NCBI GenBank assembly: GCA_964016885.1
Contig: OZ024742.1
Location: 98,890,001-98,954,000 of the forward strand
DNA length: 64,000 bases
From: Eledone cirrhosa
Taxonomy: Eukaryota
Direction of reading: 5' to 3'
This document shows positions 13,365-24,579 of the stretch, piece by piece; position 1 is the stretch's first letter, and each line of letters begins with the position of its first letter. Under the pieces are notes generated by a model. It made no database searches. It saw nothing but the letters and a program-made list of their open reading frames with translations, and was not told where the DNA came from. A program made the translations under genes and the position numbers.

Positions 13365-16090
13365 CACCAGGGCATCAAAGAGTGGGACAAGTACAATGGG
13401 GGGGGGGGGTTACATAAAAAGGTGTCCTCAATAAGGAGGAGGCAATAACAAAATATAAAAATATAAAAATATAAAATATAACAAAAATAAATTGAATAAC
13501 AAAATCCTCAATAGGGATGGGGCGCCTTGGAGGGCCGCACACACCCGCGAAAAAAGTGTGCAACCCTTTTCCTCGGGAGAGAGGGTGCTCCCTTGATCTT
13601 TTATCTTTCTCACTTACAGTCTGATGCCATTCTCGCCACTTTCACCCATCTTTCATAAAAGCGGCTGGGGTGCAGCACCTCTCTCTCCATCCTGATCCTT
13701 CTTCCGAAATGATATCGGAAGAAACGGATCAGTTGTTGGCCAGAGAGAAAGGTGTCTGACCTCAGTCCTTTCAGACGCGTCCACCATACAACCTCTTTCA
13801 CCATGGCTATTACGCACAGAAACACCGTCTCTCCTTCATTTTTGAAGAGGGGAGGAGGCTTGATCGTTACAATAAACTCGGTGGTCAACCGGATCGGTCC
13901 CACCCTTGACATCTGTCGTTCGACATAGCCCCACAGGTCGGCAATGCCCGAGCAGTGTACCAATACATGTGCAACGGTTTCCTCGTCGCACACGCATCTG
14001 GGACAGATCTTTTTCGAGGGGTCACTACCCGGGCGCCTGTGTCTGTAGAGCATTTTTCGAACGGGCAGAGTCCCTCGGAAGCACTGCCAGGCCAGGGACC
14101 TCTGGAAGTTATCCATAGGTCCCGGGCTGAATGTCCCCTCGAACGGGTCCGCCTGTCAGAGAGCCGTTAGTGCCTGGGCACACTCTGTGTTCCAGGCGCC
14201 CAGTTTTCTCGGTCTTTGCTTGACCCAGGATTGCAGCTAGGTGAGCGAGACGAGTCAGGGAAAGGCTCGCCTCACGAACGGGGCCCACACCGGTTGAACG
14301 GTGAGGAATACCTGGAGGTGCCGTAGCCTTAATGCGTGTTTACGCATCATCAGCCACGGCATCCCCAGCCCTCCTTTCGAAGGGTGGACAGCAGATGGAT
14401 CTCCTCACATAGGAGCCCGCTTCTTCCAAAGGAATTGGAAGAGTGCGCGCTCCATTTTGGCGAGCGTTTCCCTTCGGCAAGGCACGACGGTCAGGCGGTA
14501 GTAGATGACGGACGCTATATAAGTGTTCGCCAGCTCCGTCCGAACTTTCAGGGACAGTTTGCACTCGGCCCACTTCTGGGTAGTGCAAACTCCCTGTTCG
14601 TTACCTCACCCCAGTTCTTCTCCTCCTGGAGGTCTGGTCCGAACCAGACCCCGAGCAACTTCACCGGGCCCTCCGTCCAGCGCCCGACGACGCCATCGGA
14701 GTGCATCGATTTGCCCATCCACGTTCCGAGTTGCAAACCGATCGACTTGTCCCGGTTTAGCTTAGCCCCTGTAAACCTGTCGTACTCCTCCAGTAAGGTG
14801 CCGATCGCCCCGATTTCCGAGGCCGTCGACACCATTACGGTTACGTCATCGGCGTAGGCGGACACCGCTTTCCGCAATCCCGGTTCCAACGGGATGCCCT
14901 GCAACAACATCAACTTCCGCAACAGTGGCTCTAGCGCCATTACATACAGAAGGGAGAAGAGAGGGCAACCTTGTCGGATGGACCGTGCGATTTCGAACGG
15001 CTCCGAGAGGTAGCCATTCACCTTGACTCTAGAGCAGATGCGGCTGCTGTGCATGGCAGTGATCCAACCCCTGAAAACAGGTCAGAAGCCTGCCGCCGCT
15101 AGCACCGCATCCAGATAACCATGGTCGACCCTATCAAATGCCTTAGATTGATCCAAGTTGATCAGGGCCCCACCAAAGCCGGGTTCGTTCCCAACCCTCT
15201 CTATGATGTATCGCATGAGGTGGAGGTTGTCCTGGATGGACCTCGACGGGATAGCACATGTCTGCCCATCTCCCACCCGGTTGCCCACGACAAGCGCCTA
15301 CCTCTTTGCTAGCACCTTGGCCAACATCTGTAACTCTGTATTTAGCAGAGTTATGGGCCTAAAATTATTTATATCGTCCCCCTTGTTCTCGTCCTTCCTC
15401 ATTAGCGTGACTACGCCCTTGGTCACAGCACAGGGAATCCTCCGGTCCTTTTGCCAGTTGCAGTTTACCGCCTCGAGGAGATCGGGGAACAAGTCCGGCA
15501 TAGCTAGATATAGTTCGTATGGAAGACCATCGAGACCCGGGGATTTTCGTTTGCCGCATTGGCTCAGCACGTTATCTATCTCAGCGGCTGAAATCGGCTC
15601 CTCGCAGGACTTCGCCTCCATGACCGTGAGACGCGGCAGGCCGTCGAGGTATGGACCGAAGTCCACTTCCCCAACCGGCTCCCCGCCCCTTCCGAACAAT
15701 CTGGCAAAGTGCTTTTGAAAAGCCTCGCACATCTGCTTAGGTTCAAGGATCACCCGACCATCCTGGTCTCGCAAAGACCGGATAGTTGATTTACTCCCTC
15801 TTTTGGCTTCTGTCACGCGGGCCCAGCTAACAGCTTTGGTCCCCTCGTTTCCCAGAGCACATATTTTGCTTCGGACGATGCAGCCTTCGTGTTTCGCGTC
15901 GAAGAACTGGCCCAGGGCCGTTCTCGACGCTAGCACTCTGGCCACGTCGCCGCTTCTAATTGCCTCTTCTACACTATCTACCAACTCCCTTTCGTTCCTA
16001 TTTCTATTTGAGGCTAACTCCTTACTAAATTCTATAGAGACTACTGTAATCTCTCTTTTGAGAGATCCCCACCAACTGCTGTTGACGATA
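13365..16090 (-). mobile_element. 5'-truncated L1/Tx1-like LINE (ORF2 RT plus C-terminal CCHC), disrupted
   Basis: KSPGLDGLP, NFRPITLLN, LDQSKAFDRVDH, IRQGCPL, AYADDVT, CPRC...ET..H...C. Frameshifts and an internal deletion relative to the 59.5-62.5 kb copy. Confidence 0.9.
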
Positions 16091-16890
16091 GAATGGTAGC
16101 GTCAATACTAAGAGTAGACAGTTTTTTCACCACAAGTTTTGGAGGAGTGATATTTCTCAGCAAAATAACTGGCGTTCCCTCTTTCAGAACCAATGTATTA
16201 GGAGGTAAACCGGGAGGATTTAAAGAATTTAGAAATTCAACTGGATAATTGAGCGCATCCTGTGGATCACATATAGAATCAATAGATTTATATATCCGTG
16301 GACATCCAGGAAGAAGCTGAGGAATTTGATCGTTAATACAGCTAACCGTGATATTTTTGGGTGCAAGAATGGCTCTTTCAGTTAGCCAATCAAGATTCGT
16401 ATAGTTATCACGCAAGTTAGGGAATACAGTCGCCTTGAGATCATCGACAGTTTCAACTACATTGCAGATGTGGTCAATTGCTATGTGTCCATCTGTATCC
16501 GGAGGTAAGTTACCATCTCCTATTGTAAGCATATCTCCAGAAAATACTGATGACAGAGGGTCCCCATGCAATCTTGCACGCATGTCGGTAATTAGTCTTA
16601 ATGATGTCACTTGTCTCCACAATCGCTCTTCAGTAGGCAGCGGTTGCAGTGATCCAATGAGATGATACACCTGGCCCTGTACTTTGAAAGTCAGCATAAA
16701 TCCATCTTTCTTCAGACGTTTTGCACCGAAAGAGGTCATTTGAAACGCAATGTTGTACTGTCGGATATGCTTCAGAAAATCACGTGATTGTGAATGTTTA
16801 CCTGTTAGAAGCATCTGGAGAGGTTGCGGTGGTTCCCTAAGGGTGGGCAAATTAACCTTACCATTGGAGTAGCACATTGCAGCTGATTCT
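16091..16890 (-). mobile_element. Helitron RepHel fragment with internal deletion
   Basis: N-terminal Helitron motifs (GKVNLP...FLKHIRQYN.AFQMTSFG...FKVQGQVYH.IGSL) are fused in frame to Pif1-like helicase C-terminal motifs (L..DMR, ERAILAPKN, YPVEFLNSL.PPGLP, L.LK.G.PVILLRN). Confidence 0.85.
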
Positions 16891-17456
16891 AGACTGCTGC
16901 GAGATTAGGCCCTTACCGCGAAAATTAACACTTAATATAGTGAAACAAGTGAAAACAAGAAGTGTTTTTTTAACTTTGAAAGTGCAACAAATTTTTGTTT
17001 GTATCAACAAGGCTTATGAAAGTAGCGATACCGACTTTGGGGGTTTTACAGACGACGACATTCAGAATAGACAAGAAACAAACGATAATATTAGTGATTT
17101 ATCTTCAAATGAATTTGATGTTTATATTTCTGAAATTTCGTCCGACGATAATTGTTGTTTTGAAAGTGAAAATGAAGGTCTCCATATCTCCCCTCTCTCA
17201 CTCTCTTTATAAGGATTGTTAATAAAGTTTGTTATCTCCCTTACATCATGGACTTTAGAAAAAATAATTTTTGGTATCGATAATTTTGGTATCGATTTTT
17301 TATTGCTCAACGTGGGTCGATTTGAAAAATGTTTGTAATGTTACCATCCTAGCGACAGGTGCAGCGTGCGTAGAAAAATTTGGTCAAATTCGGTTGGGAA
17401 TTGTAAAAGCCTTAGGTATCCACATTTGTACACAGACACACACACATCCTCGCTTT

Positions 17457-17497
<41 letters not shown>

Positions 17498-17503
<6 letters not shown>

Positions 17504-20500
17504 AAGTGAGTCCTTCATCAGTGACCCTCCAACCGTCCTCGGCATTTCATCGCTTTAAGGGCCATATGCCTCAGGTTGGTGCGAACAACGGCTAAAAAAA
17601 GTCGTTGGGACACGTAAATAAAGGGGGACGCTAGAGTAACAACAAAGGGGTTTAAGCAACGGAAAGTGAGTAGAAATAGACAAGTCCCAGATCTATATGG
17701 CCCTTAAAGCGATGAAATGCCGAGGACGGTTGGAGGGTCACTGATGAAGGACTCACTTTTTCATATGTATCCCATTTGCAACGCCGCAGCTCCATTATTA
17801 TCATCATATTTACACATATTACTTTTCCATACTGCCTGTCTGTTTCGTTCCTTGTATCTTTACCACTTCTAGCAGTCTCCCTCACTGTTATTCTCTCCTC
17901 AACTTTCACTCACTCATTCTCTGTCACTACCTCTCCTCCTCCTCTTTCCTCCTCCTCCTTCAAGTTTGACCTGTGTGTAATTCTTTTCTCGCGCAGTCTT
18001 GACCGAGCTGGTATGGAATTTTTTTCTCTCTCTCTTTCGTCGGCGACTTCACAAAACTTGCGTTTACCGAATTCGTAGACCAGACGACTTTATCTTCTTC
18101 TTCTTCTTCTTCTTCTTCCTCTTCTCTCCTTTTTCTTTCTCTCTCTCTCTCTTTTTTCCCCCCCGTCAAACTTGGGCGAAATTCTTTCCTTGCTCACATT
18201 TCTACCAGGTTCGATGGTCTTTCGTCTCTTGTTCACGATTTCACAGAGTTTATATTCATAGAGATCTGGGACTTGTCTATTTCTACTCACTTTCCGTTGC
18301 TTAAACCCCTTTGTTGTTACTCTAGCGTCCCCCTTTATTTACGTGTCCCAACGACTTTTTTTAGCCGTTGTTCGCACCAACCTGAGGCATATGGCCCTTA
18401 AAGCGATGAAATGCCGAGGACGGTTGGAGGGTCACTGATGAAGGACTCACTTTTTCATATGTATCCCATTTGCAACGCCGCAGCTCCATTATTATCATCA
18501 TATTTACACATATTACTTTTCCATGCTGCCTGTCTGTTTCGTTCCTTGTATCTTTACCACTTCTAGCAGTCTCCCTCTCTGTTACTCTCTCCTCAACTTT
18601 CACTCACTCATTCTCTGTCACTACCTCTCCTCCTCCTCTTTCCTCCTCCTCCTTCAAGTTTGACCTGTGTGTAATTCTTTTCTCGCGCAGTCTTGACCGA
18701 GCTGGTATGGAATTTTTTTCTCTCTCTCTTTCGTCTGCGACTTCACAAAACTTGCGTTTACCGTATTCGTAGACCAGACGACTTTATCTTCTTCTTCTTC
18801 TTCTTCTTCTTCTTCTTCTTCTTCTTCTTCTTCTTCTTCTTCTTCTTCTTCTTCTTCCTCTTCTCTCCTTTTTCTTTCTCTCTCTCTCTCTTTTTTCCCC
18901 CCCGTCAAACTTGGGCGAAATTCTTTCCTTGCTCACATTTCTACCAGGTTCGATGGTCTTTCGTCTCTTGTTCACGATTTCACAGAGTTTATATTCATAG
19001 AGATCTGGGACTTGTCTATTTCTACTCACTTTCCGTTGCTTAAACCCCTTTGTTGTTACTCTAGCGTCCCCCTTTATTTACGTGTCCCAACGACTTTTTT
19101 TAGCCGTTGTTCGCACCAACCTAAGGCATATGGCCCTTAAAGCGATGAAATGCCGAGGACGGTTGGAGGGTCACTGATGAAGGACTCACTTTTTCATATG
19201 TATCCCATTTGCAACGCCGCAGCTCCATTATTATCATCATATTTACACATATTACTTTTCCATGTTGCCTGTCTGTTTCGTTCCTTGTATCTTTACCACT
19301 TCTAGCAGTCTCCCTCTCTGTTACTCTCTCCTCAACTTTCACTCACTCATTCTCTGTCACTACCTCTCCTCCTCCTCTTTCCTCCTCCTCCTTCAAGTTT
19401 GACCTGTGTGTAATTCTTTTCTCGCGCAGTCTTGACCGAGCTGGTATGGAATTTTTTTCTCTCTCTCTTTCGTCTGCGACTTCACAAAACTTGCGTTTAC
19501 CGAATTCGTAGACCAGACGACTTTATCTTCTTCTTCTTCTTCTTCTTCTTCTTCTTCTTCTTCTTCTTCTTCTTCTTCTTCTTCTTCTTCTTCTTCTTCT
19601 TCTTCTTCTTCTTCTTCCTCTTCTCTCCTTTTTCTTTCTCTCTCTCTCTCTTTTTTCCCCCCCGTCAAACTTGGGCGAAATTCTTTCCTTGCTCACATTT
19701 CTACCAGGTTCGATAGTCTTTCGTCTCTTGTTCACGATTTCACAGAGTTTATATTCATAGAGATCTGGGACTTGTCTATTTCTACTCACTTTCCGTTGCT
19801 TAAACCCCTTTGTTGTTACTCTAGCGTCCCCCTTTATTTACGTGTCCCAACGACTTTTTTTAGCCGTTGTTCGCACCAACCTGAGGCATATGGCCCTTAA
19901 AGCGATGAAATGCCGAGGACGGTTGGAGGGTCACTGATGAAGGACTCACTTTTTCATATGTATCCCATTTGCAACGCCGCAGCTCCATTATTATCATCAT
20001 ATTTACACATATTACTTTTCCATGTTGCCTGTCTGTTTCGTTCCTTGTATCTTTACCACTTCTAGCAGTCTCCCTCTCTGTTACTCTCTCCTCAACTTTC
20101 ACTCACTCATTCTCTGTCACTACCTCTCCTCCTCCTCTTTCCTCCTCCTCCTTCAAGTTTGACCTGTGTGTAATTCTTTTCTCGCGCAGTCTTGACCGAG
20201 CTGGTATGGAATTTTTTTCTCTCTCTCTTTCGTCTGCGACTTCACAAAACTTGCGTTTACCGTATTCGTAGACCAGACGACTTTATCTTCTTCTTCTTCT
20301 TCTTCTTCTTCTTCTTCTTCTTCTTCTTCTTCTTCTTCTTCTTCTTCTTCTTCTTCCTCTTCTCTCCTTTTTCTTTCTCTCTCTCTCTCTTTTTTCCCCC
20401 CCGTCAAACTTGGGCGAAATTCTTTCCTTGCTCACATTTCTACCAGGTTCGATGGTCTTTCGTCTCTTGTTCACGATTTCACAGAGTTTATATTCATAGA

Positions 20501-22972
20501 GATCTGGGACTTGTCTATTTCTACTCACTTTCCGTTGCTTAAACCCCTTTGTTGTTACTCTAGCGTCCCCCTTTATTTACGTGTCCCAACGACTTTTTTT
20601 AGCCGTTGTTCGCACCAACCTAAGGCATATGGCCCTTAAAGCGATGAAATGCCGAGGACGGTTGGAGGGTCACTGATGAAGGACTCACTTTTTCATATGT
20701 ATCCCATTTGCAACGCCGCAGCTCCATTATTATCATCATATTTACACATATTACTTTTCCATGTTGCCTGTCTGTTTCGTTCCTTGTATCTTTACCACTT
20801 CTAGCAGTCTCCCTCTCTGTTACTCTCTCCTCAACTTTCACTCACTCATTCTCTGTCACTACCTCTCCTCCTCCTCTTTCCTCCTCCTCCTTCAAGTTTG
20901 ACCTGTGTGTAATTCTTTTCTCGCGCAGTCTTGACCGAGCTGGTATGGAATTTTTTTCTCTCTCTCTTTCGTCTGCGACTTCACAAAACTTGCGTTTACC
21001 GAATTCGTAGACCAGACGACTTTATCTTCTTCTTCTTCTTCTTCTTCTTCTTCTTCTTCTTCTTCTTCTTCTTCTTCTTCTTCTTCTTCTTCTTCTTCTT
21101 CTTCTTCTTCTTCTTCTTCCTCTTCTCTCCTTTTTCTTTCTCTCTCTCTCTCTTTTTTCCCCCCCGTCAAACTTGGGCGAAATTCTTTCCTTGCTCACAT
21201 TTCTACCAGGTTCGATAGTCTTTCGTCTCTTGTTCACGATTTCACAGAGTTTATATTCATAGAGATCTGGGACTTGTCTATTTCTACTCACTTTCCGTTG
21301 CTTAAACCCCTTTGTTGTTACTCTAGCGTCCCCCTTTATTTACGTGTCCCAACGACTTTTTTTAGCCGTTGTTCGCACCAACCTGAGGCATATGGCCCTT
21401 AAAGCGATGAAATGCCGAGGACGGTTGGAGGGTCACTGATGAAGGACTCACTTTTTCATATGTATCCCATTTGCAACGCCGCAGCTCCATTATTATCATC
21501 ATATTTACACATATTACTTTTCCATGTTGCCTGTCTGTTTCGTTCCTTGTATCTTTACCACTTCTAGCAGTCTCCCTCTCTGTTACTCTCTCCTCAACTT
21601 TCACTCACTCATTCTCTGTCACTACCTCTCCTCCTCCTCTTTCCTCCTCCTCCTTAAAGTTTGACCTGTGTGTAATTCTTTTCTCGCGCAGTCTTGACCG
21701 AGCTGGTATGGAATTTTTTTCTCTCTCTCTTTCGTCTGCGACTTCACAAAACTTGCGTTTACCGAATTCGTAGACCAGACCACTTTATCTTCTTCTTCTT
21801 CTTCTTCTTCTTCTTCTTCTTCTTCTTCTTCCTCTTCTCTCCTTTTTTCTTTCTCTCTCTCTCTCTCTTTTTTCCCCCACGTCAAACTTGGGCGAAATTC
21901 TTTCCTTGCTCACATTTCTACCAGGTTCGATGGTCTTTCGTCTCTTGTTCACGATTTCACAGAGTTTATATTCATAGAGATCTGGGACTTGTCTATTTCT
22001 ACTCACTTTCCGTTGCTTAAACCCCTTTGTTATTACTCTAGCGTCCCCCTTTATTTACGTGTCCCAACGACTTTTTTTAGCCGTTGTTCGCACCAACCTG
22101 AGGCATATGGCCCTTAAAGCGATGAAATGCCGAGGACGGTTGGAGGGTCACTGATGAAGGACTCACTTTTTCATATGTATCCCATTTGCAACGCCGCAGC
22201 TCCATTATTATCATCATATTTACACATATTACTTTTCCATGCTGCCTGTCTGTTTCGTTCCTTGTATCTTTACCACTTCTAGCAGTCTCCCTCTCTGTTA
22301 CTCTCTCCTCAACTTTCACTCACTCATTCTCTGTCACTACCTCTCCTCCTCCTCTTTCCTCCTCCACCTTCAAGTTTGACCTGTGTGTAATTCTTTTCTC
22401 GCGCAGTCTTGACCGAGCTGGTATGGAATTTTTTTCTCTCTCTCTTTCGTCTGCGACTTCACAAAACTTGCGTTTACCGAATTCGTAGACCAGACGACTT
22501 TATCTTCTTCTTCTTCTTCTTCTTCTTCTTCTTCTTCTTCTTCTTCTTCTTCTTCTTCTTCTTCTTCTTCTTCTTCTTCTTCTTCTTCTTCTTCCTCTTC
22601 TCTCCTTTTTCTTTCTCTCTCTCTCTCTTTTTTCCCCCCCGTCAAACTTGGGCGAAATTCTTTCCTTGCTCACATTTCTACCAGGTTCGATGGTCTTTCG
22701 TCTCTTGTTCACGATTTCACAGAGTTTATATTCATAGAGATCTGGGACTTGTCTATTTCTACTCACTTTCCGTTGCTTAAACCCCTTTGTTGTTACTCTA
22801 GCGTCCCCCTTTATTTACGTGTCCCAACGACTTTTTTTAGCCGTTGTTCGCACCAACCTGAGGCACATGGCCCTTAAAGCGATGAAATGCCGAGGACGGT
22901 TGGAGGGTCACTGATGAAGGACTCACTTTTTCATATGTATCCCATTTGCAACGCCGCAGCTCCATTATTATC

Positions 22973-22974
<2 letters not shown>
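17498..22974 (+). repeat. Tandem array of a ~0.7 kb non-coding unit with internal (TTC)n and a 5' inverted partial copy; retrozyme/PLE-like
   Basis: Units start at 17698, 18392, 19131, 19891, 20630, 21393, 22108 and 22868 (lengths 694, 739, 760, 739, 763, 715, 760). 17498-17694 is the reverse complement of the unit-junction region. (TA)n flanks both sides. Confidence 0.95.
18377..18474 (+). ncRNA. Candidate hammerhead ribozyme with reversed strand order and a kink-turn (representative copy; recurs at each unit junction)
   Basis: ccaacc-tga-ggca-TA|tggccct-taaa-gcga-t-GAAA-tgcc-gag-ga-c-ggttgg-agggtca-CTGATGA-a... Stems I and III pair in exact hammerhead register, with covariation against the 33247-33345 copy. 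Confidence 0.65.
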
Positions 22975-23034
<60 letters not shown>

Positions 23035-23073
23035 GAGAGAGAGAGGGAGAGAGGGAGAGAGAGAGAGTGAAAG

Positions 23074-23105
<32 letters not shown>

Positions 23106-23801
23106 TGATACAATACAATACATTGATGTAGGTGGAAATCGAGAATGTGGGAAAAATATAGAGAGTTGAAAACGGAAAAAGAAAGAGAATGAGTGAGAGG
23201 TGAGAAGACGAAAGTAAATAAGAGTTGGGGATGGAAATGCTGAAAAATTAAAGTGTAACTCATTTAAATATAGAGAAATAGAGAAAAATTCAAGATATAT
23301 ATATAGAGCATGATCAGTGAGAGAATGAGAGAGACAAATGCGATGGACTGAAGCAAAGAAATGATGAGACAAAAATATATATGCAAGTAAAATAAAAGGA
23401 AGAGAGATGAATTGCAAGAAGGTTGAGAAAGAGAAAAGTCAGAAAAACACTAATAGGATGAAGTGGATGAAACAATCTGAAATAATTGTTACAGAATAGA
23501 GAGAGAAACTGAAAAGGTAAAAGGAGAAAAGAAGAGAAACATGTGTAAACAAGGGGCACAAAAGAAGCTGTGTGATTTCGTACTCAGTCCGACTGCGTGG
23601 GTCATTAGCAAAATGTTTCCTACTCTAATCTGGCCTTGATCAAGGCCTTGTGAACGGCATTTTGTAGAGGTAAAGAGAATGGAAGTTGGATATATATATA
23701 AATAAACTTATTTACATCTTTGTTTATTGATTGGAGTATTGCAAACGGAACCCGAATTAATTATTTGTCATCCCTTGCTCTTTATATATTTCCAGACCAT
23801 G

Positions 23802-23838
<37 letters not shown>

Positions 23839-23947
23839 GAGGGGAGGTGCGTGTCTGTGTGCGTGTTTATCCCGGGTTCAATCGGGGGTAACCACAGTAA
23901 GTAGGTTACTCAATACATAGCAGAGTATAAATATTTCATATAGAAAG

Positions 23948-24041
23948 GGTTTCTACATGACTAGAACAGTTTCATTTGGAATAAATCATCGGGGCTTCCT
24001 GATGATTTCTCCCGAATGAAACAGTTCTAGTCTGTAGAACC
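23948..24041. ncRNA. Pair of inverted minimal HHR-like motifs forming a fold-back
   Basis: Plus strand: ggcttc-CTGATGA-tttc(tccc)gaat-GAAACAG(ttctagt)CTGTA-gaacc. The inverted degenerate copy is at 23948-23993. Same family as 56067-56117. Confidence 0.55.
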
Positions 24042-24051
24042 ATTTTTATAT

Positions 24052-24089
<38 letters not shown>

Positions 24090-24203
24090 AACATCCACCC
24101 TAACACACACACAGACACACATATATATATATATGTATATATATATATATGCGTGTGTGTGTATGAGTATGGCTTGAGCTCAGCCATCGGGCTCCTACAC
24201 GTT

Positions 24204-24249
<46 letters not shown>

Positions 24250-24253
<4 letters not shown>

Positions 24254-24522
24254 TAAAAAGAATTCCAACTTTCATTGATTTACTCGTTTTATTTACAATC
24301 CTTTAACATTATAATGATATTATATGAAATAGTATGGTAGAATATTAAATGTTAAATCTTTTGTCTATATTGTATCTGTATTTTTCACCGTTGGTAACAT
24401 TGAGGACCGAATAAATTAAATTAACCGATATAAAAGACACAGAATCGAAAACCAACCAAACAGTGAGTGCGTTCTGTTATTAATTCTGGCAATATTATTA
24501 CACAAATATGTCCTTCCCCAAG

Positions 24523-24530
<8 letters not shown>
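24250..24530. mobile_element. Two abutting PLE-like terminal fragments between (TA)n tracts
   Basis: 24250-24356 matches 42980-43085. 24360-24530 is the reverse complement of 53175-53355. Confidence 0.7.

Positions 24531-24579
<49 letters not shown>

Noticed and set aside
16900-17460. Acidic ORF and Helitron-like non-autonomous end next to the array
   Set aside because: Suggestive of a transposon remnant but too weak to classify.
18392-18434. Resemblance to twister (UAA...GAGGG), pistol (CCCUAAGCG) or SECIS motifs
   Set aside because: The other required strands and pseudoknots of twister and pistol are missing, and SECIS geometry does not fit. The hammerhead core accounts for the conserved bases better.
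17498-22974. CRISPR-like or simple satellite interpretation of the array
   Set aside because: No unique spacers or cas genes, and the context is eukaryotic. The inverted 5' copy and dispersed relative argue for a retroelement origin.
17652-23118. Recurrent 70-120 aa ORFs in the tandem array
   Set aside because: Low complexity and no recognisable domain. The conservation with the 33 kb relative follows base-pairing, not codons.
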